NCBI GenBank assembly: GCA_033764645.1
Contig: JANRIT010000081.1
Span: 4,942-68,941 of the forward strand
DNA length: 64,000 bases
Reading direction: 5' to 3'
Origin: Hyphomicrobiaceae bacterium
Lineage (GTDB): Bacteria; Pseudomonadota; Alphaproteobacteria; Rhizobiales; Hyphomicrobiaceae
In this document: one piece after another, positions 51,492-59,302 of the stretch
How positions within the stretch are numbered: position 1 is the stretch's first letter
How the letters are laid out: every line of letters begins with the position of its first letter
The notes under the pieces: model-generated
Told to the model about the DNA's origin: nothing
The model's input: only the letters and a program-made list of their open reading frames with translations
Database searches by the model: none
Translations under genes and position numbers: made by a program

Positions 51492-52967
51492 TCAGTCGCT
51501 GCCGCCGCCGCCGCCGCCGCCGCCGTCGAGCTTCTTCCTGACGCTGTCGACCACCTCGAGCTTGAGCGCCTTTTCGACGATGCGGGGCATGTTGGCGTCG
51601 AGCCAGTCGCGCAGCATCGGGCGAAGCATCTCGGCCAGCAGATCTTCGGCGGTGCGCGGCGCGGACGCCTGGGCCACCGCCGTCATCGGAGGCAGCACCT
51701 CGGCGGCCGGTGCGACGGCCGCGGCGGGCTCGCGGGTCGGCGCGGGTGCGTGCGCTGCCGGTTGCGGCTGGGCTGCCGGCGTTGCGGTCACGCGCGCGAC
51801 GCGGACTGTCGAGCCGTTGGCCGACGCCGGAGCGGCTGCCTTGGCCGGATCGCCAGCCCGCGCTGACTGCGCCGGCGCGGTGACGGGTGCCTGGGCGGCC
51901 GGCGTACCGGCTGGACGGTGGGTGCCATTAACATAACCGGCTGGAGCCGACGCCGGTCGGACGGTGGCCTCGCTCGCCTCGGACGAGCGCCGGCTTGCCG
52001 GAGCGCTTGCGGCCCCGTCGCTCGACGGCGCGGCCGGCACCTCCGCCTCGGATTTCTGTTCCGTCACCGGGCTCGAGGTGGCCACCGCCGGCTCGGCCGA
52101 TGGCGATGCGGACGCCGATGGCACGCGATTGTGCGCGGGCAGTGGCGTCGACTGTGCCGGCGCGGCGGCCAGGCTCGCAGACGGGGGCGGCACAGGGTCC
52201 GACGGCGCCGTCGACTTCGGCATGGCGGCGATGACGACGGGCGTCGAGACCTCGGGCGTTGCGGTGCTGCTCGCGCGAGCCGGATCGCCGGCGACCGTCA
52301 GGGTATCCTGAGCGACAGGCGCGGCGGCCGGCGCGGGCGCCACCGCCTTCACTTCGAGGGCCTTGGCAGCCGCGATGGCCGCGCTCGACGCCGTGGGTAG
52401 GCTGGACGCCATGGGCGAGGGGGCAGCGGACGCCGGCCCCGCAGAAGCGTGTGCGGGCGCGCCGCGCGCCGGCACGTCACGCGCCGGGACCATGGCGCCG
52501 AGGTCGAAAGTCGCCGCAGCGGCCGGCGTGGCGGCCGGCCGGGTCGGCGCGATGGGCTCACCGAGCAGATCGGATAAATCGGCGTCGCCCGCGGGGGCGG
52601 CCGGCATGTCCGGCTCCGTGCGGGTCCTGGAGGCCGCCGGATCGGATGCTGCGTCGCTGCCGAACAGCCCCGCGAGGCGGCCCGTCAGCGGGGCGGGGCG
52701 CCCGTTCGGGCGTGATGGCGCGGGGCTCGCCCTGGGCGCGGGGATCGAACTGGATGACGTCGGCCGCACGGAAAACGGATCGGATCGCGCAGGGCCCAGT
52801 GATGCGCCCGATGCCGCTGCGGGACCTGCACTCGTGCCCGTGCCGAGGGCGGCCGCCAGATCGGACTCGGGAGCGGCCGGCGGTACGGGCTCGGCAGCCG
52901 CGCCGTTGCGAATGGCAGCCAGGATCTCGTCGATGCTGCGCTCGCCGCGCGCGTCGGACTTGCTCAT
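51492..52967 (-). CDS. DUF2497 domain protein (PopZ-like) with ~400-aa Pro/Ala-rich linker
   Basis: Internal ATG 52967 with GGTGAGG upstream. N-terminal SIDEILAAIR helix. Conserved C-terminal DUF2497 segment (LLAEMLRPMLRDWLDANMPRIVEKALKLEV). Ends in G8. Confidence 0.7.
   Translation of the reverse strand: MSKSDARGERSIDEILAAIRNGAAAEPVPPAAPESDLAAALGTGTSAGPAAASGASLGPARSDPFSVRPTSSSSIPAPRASPAPSRPNGRPAPLTGRLAGLFGSDAASDPAASRTRTEPDMPAAPAGDADLSDLLGEPIAPTRPAATPAAAATFDLGAMVPARDVPARGAPAHASAGPASAAPSPMASSLPTASSAAIAAAKALEVKAVAPAPAAAPVAQDTLTVAGDPARASSTATPEVSTPVVIAAMPKSTAPSDPVPPPSASLAAAPAQSTPLPAHNRVPSASASPSAEPAVATSSPVTEQKSEAEVPAAPSSDGAASAPASRRSSEASEATVRPASAPAGYVNGTHRPAGTPAAQAPVTAPAQSARAGDPAKAAAPASANGSTVRVARVTATPAAQPQPAAHAPAPTREPAAAVAPAAEVLPPMTAVAQASAPRTAEDLLAEMLRPMLRDWLDANMPRIVEKALKLEVVDSVRKKLDGGGGGGGGSD
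51501..51524. repeat. (GCC)8 trinucleotide repeat encoding Gly8 at the PopZ-like C-terminus
   Basis: Eight perfect GCC units are read directly from the sequence. Confidence 0.9.
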
Positions 52968-53257
52968 TGCCTCACCCCCCCGACTGGACCCCGGTGTCGC
53001 GCTCGCACAGCGAATTTTCGCCGCTGGCGAGAGGACGTTGCGCTGATGCAGCCATCCACCGCCTACGGAACACTTCACACTCTATCAGGGTGTGCCTAAC
53101 GGAACTGTGCGGCACCAGTGTGGCGGATTTTCCCCGGTGGTGCACGCACTCAGCGGTCGCGGCTGGCTGCGTGGCGACGCGGGGCGTCGCATGCGGCCAG
53201 CATCAGCGACTGCCAGAGCTGTGCTCGGCGGCAGCGAGCACCGAGCGGCGGCCCGCG

Positions 53258-54790
53258 CTATTTCGCCGGCTCGTGGCGCTTGCCGTGGCTTTCCCACAGG
53301 TCGAGCGTTTCGCGGCGGCCATCCCGGTCGGTGATCGAGATGCCCCACCATTGGCGGCGGACCTCGTGATAGTGCACGTCCGGGTCATAGACCTCGGCGG
53401 CGACGCCGATGTTCGCCGCGTCGAGGCGGCCGATGGCGGCGAGGAGATTGTAGGCGGCGACGATGACGTTACGGCGCGTCGTCTCGAACTGCACCTGCGC
53501 GTTCAGCAATTCCTGCTCGGCGTTGAGAACGTCGAGCAGCGTGCGCTGGCCGACCCGCTCTTCCTCGCGCACGCCGGTCAGCGCCGTCTGGTTCGCCTCG
53601 ACCTGGGTCCGGTCGGAGATGAGCTGGGCTTGGGCCGCCTGGAACTGCGACCACGCCGAGATGGTCTGTTCACGCACCTGCTGGCGGGCGTCCTCTACTT
53701 CCTGCAAGCGGCTGACGTGGGTGTGCTTGGCGGCACGCACGCGCGCGGACACCTCGCCACCCTCGTAGATCGGCACGCTGAGGCGGCCGGCGAGCGTCGT
53801 CGTCTCGTTCTCGGCAACCGTGCTCGATGTGCTGAAGCGGTTCGAGTAGGTGCCTTCGAGGTTGAGCACGGGCAGAAGCTCGGCGCGCACGACGTCGACC
53901 GCGTAGCGCGAGGCCTGCTCGAGGTAGAGCGAGGCGAGCACGACAGGGCTCTCGTTCAGCGCGGTGTTGAGTGCCGCATCGAGCGACGACGGCAGGGCGC
54001 GCGTCGGCACAGGCGGATCGACGAGATTGCTCGGTGCGTTGCCGACGACACGCTCGTAGCGGGCGCGGCTCGACTTGAGGTTGGCGCGGGCGAGATCGAG
54101 GGACGACACGGCACCGGCACGGCGGGCGCGGGCCTGCGCCACGTCGGTCTTCGTCACCTCGCCGACGTTGAAGCGATCCTGCGTCGCGGTCAATTCGCGC
54201 GTCAGCACGTTGACGTTGTTGTCCTGCAGGCGGACGACGGCCTGATCGCGGACCACGTCCATGTAGGCGGTCGCCGCGTCGAGCAGCACCTGGCGCTCGA
54301 CGTCGCGGAGGGACTCACGCCCAGCGCGGACGTTCGATTCCGCTTCGCCCACCGCGTTGGGCGTCTGGAAGCCGTCGAACAGGTTCTGCTGCACGCTGAA
54401 GCCGTACCCGCGCGGGTGGATCGTATCGCCCGTGCGGCCGCTCGAACCGCTTTGCGTGTTGCGGTTGATGACGTCCTCGTCGCGGAAGCGGGTGCGGTTG
54501 TCCTGGATCGTGACGTCGCCGGTCGCGTTGATGCGCGGACGGTAGCCGGACAGCGCCCGGGGCACGCTCTCGTCGGTCGCCCTGAGACGGGCGCGCTCGG
54601 CGTCGATGCGCGGATTGTAGCGGTAGGCCGACGAGAGCGCGTCGTTGAGCGATTCTGCGTGAGCGGCGGAAACGAGTGCGAGCGGGCTCGCGGACACGAG
54701 CAGGGCGCCCATGGCTACGGCCAGCAGCGTCCGGCTCACGGCAACCCGGCCCGAGCCTGCGCCCCGTAGGCGGCGTGTCATCATGCTCAT
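53258..54790 (-). CDS. tolC: TolC family outer membrane efflux protein
   Basis: Internal ATG 54790 with a signal peptide. ESLNDAL..AY..NP...A.R and a duplicated OEP repeat architecture. Confidence 0.85.
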   Translation of the reverse strand: MSMMTRRLRGAGSGRVAVSRTLLAVAMGALLVSASPLALVSAAHAESLNDALSSAYRYNPRIDAERARLRATDESVPRALSGYRPRINATGDVTIQDNRTRFRDEDVINRNTQSGSSGRTGDTIHPRGYGFSVQQNLFDGFQTPNAVGEAESNVRAGRESLRDVERQVLLDAATAYMDVVRDQAVVRLQDNNVNVLTRELTATQDRFNVGEVTKTDVAQARARRAGAVSSLDLARANLKSSRARYERVVGNAPSNLVDPPVPTRALPSSLDAALNTALNESPVVLASLYLEQASRYAVDVVRAELLPVLNLEGTYSNRFSTSSTVAENETTTLAGRLSVPIYEGGEVSARVRAAKHTHVSRLQEVEDARQQVREQTISAWSQFQAAQAQLISDRTQVEANQTALTGVREEERVGQRTLLDVLNAEQELLNAQVQFETTRRNVIVAAYNLLAAIGRLDAANIGVAAEVYDPDVHYHEVRRQWWGISITDRDGRRETLDLWESHGKRHEPAK

Positions 54791-55190
54791 CTGCCCCCGA
54801 AGGATATCCCTCTGCGATCCCCGCTTTACCAACAGGCCGGAGCGATGGTGGCCTGATGCGGAGATGTTCGACGTGTTAGCCGATTCTGAGGGCTCTCCAA
54901 TTCGACTATGCACAGCTCTCTCAGGGTCGCGGCGTCCTGGCAGGGGTTCGCCGCCTGCCCATCGGCGAACTTTGAAACTGCGCGACCCTCGTCATGGGGT
55001 GGACGACTTCTCCACAGTTCCCACAGGTAGCCTAAGGGCACCGGCGTCGATAGGGGTCAGCGGCTTGCGGCGGCGTTCGCCGACGCGTGCGTGGCAACGG
55101 GGAAACAGTCTCTTGAAAGTGGCCTGCCGCGTCCCACCGCACTCCTGCACGATGCCCAACAGGAACCGAACGCGCGCGGCGGCTGCGGCC

Positions 55191-55955
55191 TCAAAACACG
55201 AACGTGCGCGGCAGGGCAAAACCGGGCAACACAGGCGCTGATGCCTCGAACACCTCGCGCTCGTCGAACGTGGCGCCGAGCCTGCGCCACAGCGTTGCGC
55301 GCGAGACCGGGCCCGCCGACTTGATGGCCACGAGGCGGCCGGCGTCCTTCAACTGGTCGAGCAGGCTTTCGCCCACATCCTCGATGGCGCCCTCGACGAC
55401 AATTGCGTCATAAGGGCCCTCGGCCGCGTAGCCGAGAGCAAGATCGCCGGCGACGACAACGACGTTGTCGGCACCCGCGTCCCGCAACGTCCGGGTCGCG
55501 ATCTCGGCGAGCTCGGGGTCGCTTTCGAGCGCGACCACCGTCTCGGCGAGCCGCGCGATGACCGCCGATGAGTAGCCGGTCGCGCAGCCGACATCGAGAA
55601 CGACATCGGTCGGCTCGATGGCCGCCAACTGCACCAAGCGAGCAAACGCGCGCGGCGACATGAGGCCCCGCGCCGGCCGTCCGGGAGCAGCGCGCACGAG
55701 GGTGAGGTCCTCGTCCATGTAGGCGATCGCGCGCAGGTGCGTCGGTACGAATGCCTCGCGCGCAATATCGCCCATGGCGCGCGGAATGCGCCGGTCGGTC
55801 ACGTCACTCGGGCGGACCTGCGATTCAACCATGTTCTTGCGCTGCAAGGCGACGTCCACGATGACCTCTCCGGCCGCTTCCCGCGCGTGGGCCATCCCGC
55901 ACGCCATCACCTCATCAGCCCTGAGTTCCCGCGTGTCAACGCGGCCCCGTGCCAT
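55191..55955 (-). CDS. pcm: protein-L-isoaspartate O-methyltransferase
   Basis: SAM-binding VLDVGCATGYSSAVIA. MVESQVRP..VTD.R. and FVP motifs. Start uncertain: ATG 55955 has GAAGGA 6 nt upstream, and alternatives are 55907 and 55895. Confidence 0.75.
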   Translation of the reverse strand: MARGRVDTRELRADEVMACGMAHAREAAGEVIVDVALQRKNMVESQVRPSDVTDRRIPRAMGDIAREAFVPTHLRAIAYMDEDLTLVRAAPGRPARGLMSPRAFARLVQLAAIEPTDVVLDVGCATGYSSAVIARLAETVVALESDPELAEIATRTLRDAGADNVVVVAGDLALGYAAEGPYDAIVVEGAIEDVGESLLDQLKDAGRLVAIKSAGPVSRATLWRRLGATFDEREVFEASAPVLPGFALPRTFVF

Positions 55956-56169
55956 CGGTCGTCCTTCACCGGCACGAGGTGTTGCCGGTGCCACGGGAAA
56001 GGGCGGGCAGGTTTTCAACCACGACGACAGGCGTATGGTCGACCTCGGCCCGCTCACGTTGCGGATCGGGAGGGGTCTGTGATAGATGTCACGCCTTGCA
56101 GAGGCGCCGTCCGTAGGGGCGCGTGTCACTGCCCCGGCCACGCTCACCACGCGCGGTCGCGCTTGGATT

Positions 56170-56243
56170 GGCCACGTGGCGGAGTGGTGACGCAGCGGAC
56201 TGCAAATCCGTAAACCCCGGTTCGATTCCGGGCGTGGCCTCCA
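56170..56243 (+). tRNA. tRNA-Cys (GCA)
   Basis: Cloverleaf folded by hand. Acceptor GGCCACG/CGTGGCC, anticodon loop CTGCAAA, T-arm CCCGG-TTCGATT-CCGGG, encoded CCA. Confidence 0.9.
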
Positions 56244-56475
56244 GAACCGCCCTCATGGCGATCCACACGCGTGTCAGTGCGCGAAGTGGTACCTGAGCCT
56301 CGGGTGCCGGCCGCGCGATAGCATCGACGGCGTCGAGCAGGCGCGCCACGCCACCCACATTCGAGACCCCGTCGACCGTGCAGCTTTCACCTGCGGCACG
56401 CGGCTTGCTCCCTCAGAGCCCACGAGGTGCCGATCGTCCCAGATTGGCGCACGGGCCCCAACGGAGACCGCGGCC

Positions 56476-56895
56476 ATGGCAGGGCGCTTCCACGAAACCT
56501 ATACCGACGGGCACGTCGAGCCACCCTCGCCGCGCGCCACCGGCATCGTCTTTACCGTCGTGGCGCTGATCGTCGCTTATTTCTGGCGCTCGGACGCAAC
56601 GGTGCTGTTCACGGCGCTGACCGTCGCGGGCGTGCTGACGGTGCTGGCGGCCTTCGCGCCCGCCGTGCTCGGTCCCCTCAACATCGCCTGGTTCCGCTTC
56701 GGCCTCGCGCTGCACACGGTGATGAACCCGGTCATCATGTTCGTGCTGTTCGCCGTGCTGATCGTGCCGGCTGGCCTGTTGATGCAGGCCGTGCGCGATC
56801 CATTGCGCCGCAACCGGACCGGTGGTGACGGCACCTACTGGATCGGCCGCGCGGCGAACCCGACGCCACCTTCGTCCATGTCCAATCCCTTCTGA
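56476..56895 (+). CDS. SxtJ family membrane protein
   Basis: 139-aa ORF with 3 TM segments. Size, topology and its position next to DUF5989 and a carbamoyltransferase match the SxtJ family. Confidence 0.6.
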   Translation: MAGRFHETYTDGHVEPPSPRATGIVFTVVALIVAYFWRSDATVLFTALTVAGVLTVLAAFAPAVLGPLNIAWFRFGLALHTVMNPVIMFVLFAVLIVPAGLLMQAVRDPLRRNRTGGDGTYWIGRAANPTPPSSMSNPF

Positions 56896-56963
56896 AGCCA
56901 TCAACGGCGCTCGCGTCGCCACACCGGCGCCGGCGCGCAGCAAACCACGAGGAAGAACCGGCC

Positions 56964-57116
56964 ATGCTGTCCCTGACCAAAGACCTTTTCGCCTACATGG
57001 GCGCCCGCAAGAAGTGGTGGCTGCTGCCGATCCTGACCGTGCTCGTCGCCTTCGGCGGCCTATTGATCCTGGCCAAAGGCTCGGCCGTCGCGCCGTTCAT
57101 CTACACCGTGTTCTGA
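56964..57116 (+). CDS. DUF5989 family small membrane protein (50 aa; below the ORF-track size cutoff)
   Basis: Hand translation gives MLSLTKDLFAYMGARKKWWLLPILTVLVAFGGLLILAKGSAVAPFIYTVF*. AGGAAG lies 8 nt upstream. RKK(F/W)WLLPI...GSAVAPFIYT.F is the DUF5989 signature as I recall it. Confidence 0.65.
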   Translation: MLSLTKDLFAYMGARKKWWLLPILTVLVAFGGLLILAKGSAVAPFIYTVF

Positions 57117-57168
57117 GGCGGCCCGCGCGCCGCCTCCCGCCTTCTCGTCCGTTCAGGAAACGCAGCAC

Positions 57169-59004
57169 ATGCGCATTCTCGGGATCTCTGCCTTCTATCA
57201 TGACAGCGCGGCCGCGCTGATCGAGGACGGGCGCATCGTCGCGGCTGCCCAGGAGGAGCGCTTCACCCGCAAGAAGCACGACCAGCGTTTCCCCGAGCAG
57301 GCGATCGCCTACTGTCTCGCCGAGGCCGGCGTCAGCCTCGACGAGGTCGACCACATCGCGTTCTTCGAGAAGCCGCTCGTCAAGTTCGAGCGGCTCATCG
57401 AGACCTATCTCGCCAACGCCCCGCGCGGCTTTGCCTCGTTCCGTACCGCCATGCCGGTGTGGATCAAGGACAAGCTGTTCCAGAAGCCCGGCCTCGAGGC
57501 GGCGCTCGGCGCCATGGCACCGTCGGGCTCGGTCGCGGGCAAGCTGCTGTTTGCCGAGCACCACCAGAGCCACGCGGCCTCCGCCTACTATCCCTCGCCC
57601 TTCGAGGAGGCCGTGGTGCTGACCATGGACGGCGTCGGCGAATGGGCGACCACGTCGGCGGCGATCGGGCGGGGCAACCGGCTCGATACACTCAAGGAAA
57701 TCCACTGGCCGCACTCGCTCGGCCTGCTCTACTCCGCGTTCACCTACTACACCGGTTTCAAGGTAAACTCGGGCGAGTACAAGGTGATGGGCCTCGCTCC
57801 CTACGGCACGCCGCGCTACGCGCAGGCGATCCTCGACACCATCATCGACTTGAAGCCGGACGGCTCGTTCTGGCTCGACCAGAGCTATTTCAACTACGCG
57901 ACCGGCCTCACCATGACGTCGGAAAAGTTCCACCGCCTGTTCGGCGGGCCGCCGCGTCGCGAGGAGGACAAGCTCACGCAGCGCGACATGGACCTCGCCG
58001 CCTCGGTGCAGGCCGTAACCGAGGAGGCGATGCTGCGCATGACCCGCCACCTCGCCCGCGAGACCGGCATCGAGAACCTGTGCCTTGCCGGCGGCGTCGC
58101 GCTCAATTGCGTGGGCAACGGCAAGGTCCTGCGCGACGGCGCCTTCAAGCGCATTTTCGTACAGCCGGCGGCAGGAGATGCCGGCGGCGCTCTCGGGGCG
58201 GCGCTTGCCGCCTACCATCAGCACAACGGCAAGGCGCGAGTGCTCGACGGGGCACGCGACGGCATGCAGGGCGGCTACCTCGGCCCGGCCTACGCGCAGT
58301 CCGACATCGAAGGCCGGCTTACTCGCGCGGGGGCGACGTTCAAGGTCCTCGACGACGGCGCCATGATCGAGGGCGTCGTCGATGCGCTCGAAGCCGGCCA
58401 TGCCGTCGGCTGGTTCCAGGGGCGCATGGAGTTCGGCCCGCGCGCGCTCGGCGGACGCTCCATCCTGGGCGATCCGCGCAATCCCGAGATGCAGCGCACG
58501 CTCAACCTCAAGATCAAGTATCGCGAGAGCTTCCGGCCGTTCGCGCCGTCGGTGCTGAGCGAGGATGTCGACCAGTGGTTCGATCTCGATCGCGACAGCC
58601 CGTACATGCTGCTCGTCGCCGACGTCGCCGAGCGGCGCCGGCGCAAGATGAACATCGACGAGGAGGCGCTGTTCGGCATCGACAAGCTCAACGTCGTGCG
58701 CAGCGAAATCCCGGCAGTGACGCACGTCGACAACTCGGCGCGCATCCAGACCGTGCACGCCGATACCAACCCGCGCTATCATCGCCTTCTGTCCTCGTTC
58801 AAGGCGCGGACCGGGTGTCCGGTCATCGTCAATACCTCGTTCAACGTGCGCGGCGAGCCGATCGTGGCGACGCCCGAGGACGCCTTCCGGTGTTTCATGG
58901 GGACGGAGATGGAGACGCTCGCGGTCGGCAACTGCGTGCTCGCGAAGTCCGAGCAGAACCCGGCGCTCAAGGCGTCCTATCTCGATGCGTTCGCGCTCGA
59001 CTGA
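57169..59004 (+). CDS. carbamoyltransferase (NodU/CmcH/TobZ family)
   Basis: MRILGISAFYHDSAAALIEDGRIVAAAQEERFTRKKHD..FP. GGVALNCVGN. C-terminal TSFN.RGEPIV. Full-length family similarity. Confidence 0.9.
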   Translation: MRILGISAFYHDSAAALIEDGRIVAAAQEERFTRKKHDQRFPEQAIAYCLAEAGVSLDEVDHIAFFEKPLVKFERLIETYLANAPRGFASFRTAMPVWIKDKLFQKPGLEAALGAMAPSGSVAGKLLFAEHHQSHAASAYYPSPFEEAVVLTMDGVGEWATTSAAIGRGNRLDTLKEIHWPHSLGLLYSAFTYYTGFKVNSGEYKVMGLAPYGTPRYAQAILDTIIDLKPDGSFWLDQSYFNYATGLTMTSEKFHRLFGGPPRREEDKLTQRDMDLAASVQAVTEEAMLRMTRHLARETGIENLCLAGGVALNCVGNGKVLRDGAFKRIFVQPAAGDAGGALGAALAAYHQHNGKARVLDGARDGMQGGYLGPAYAQSDIEGRLTRAGATFKVLDDGAMIEGVVDALEAGHAVGWFQGRMEFGPRALGGRSILGDPRNPEMQRTLNLKIKYRESFRPFAPSVLSEDVDQWFDLDRDSPYMLLVADVAERRRRKMNIDEEALFGIDKLNVVRSEIPAVTHVDNSARIQTVHADTNPRYHRLLSSFKARTGCPVIVNTSFNVRGEPIVATPEDAFRCFMGTEMETLAVGNCVLAKSEQNPALKASYLDAFALD

Positions 59005-59089
59005 GGGGCGCTGCTTTTTTGGGGCCAGGGGCTTCAACAGCCAGGAGAGGTCTGCTATCAACCGCGCTCCTGAAGATGGCGTCCTGTAT

Positions 59090-59164
59090 TCCGCGGTAGC
59101 TCAGCGGTAGAGCAACCGGCTGTTAACCGGTTGGTCGTAGGTTCGAATCCTACCCGCGGAGCCA
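59090..59164 (+). tRNA. tRNA-Asn (GTT)
   Basis: Acceptor TCCGCGG/CCGCGGA, D-loop AGCTCAGCGGTAGAGC, anticodon loop CTGTTAA, T-arm GTAGG-TTCGAAT-CCTAC, encoded CCA. Confidence 0.9.
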
Positions 59165-59302
59165 TCTCAAGGCCGGGTCAAACCGCGACAATTCGGAGAT
59201 GCGAGCAGTGGCTCGCAGGGCACCACGCGCTTGCGCGTGGCTTTTTGCGTGTTGGGCTCCACGGCGTGGTGCGCCCGGCGGCGAACGAAAGGTTTCAAGC
59301 TC

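Noticed and set aside
51501-51524. (GCC)8 as a phase-variation switch.
   Set aside because: Trinucleotide slippage keeps the reading frame and only changes the length of a C-terminal poly-Gly tail, so no on/off switching is expected.
56170-59164. The tRNA-Cys to tRNA-Asn interval as a classical tRNA-integrated genomic island.
   Set aside because: There is no integrase or recombinase. I could find no direct repeat of either tRNA 3' end at the opposite boundary. GC content and codon usage of the three genes look native.
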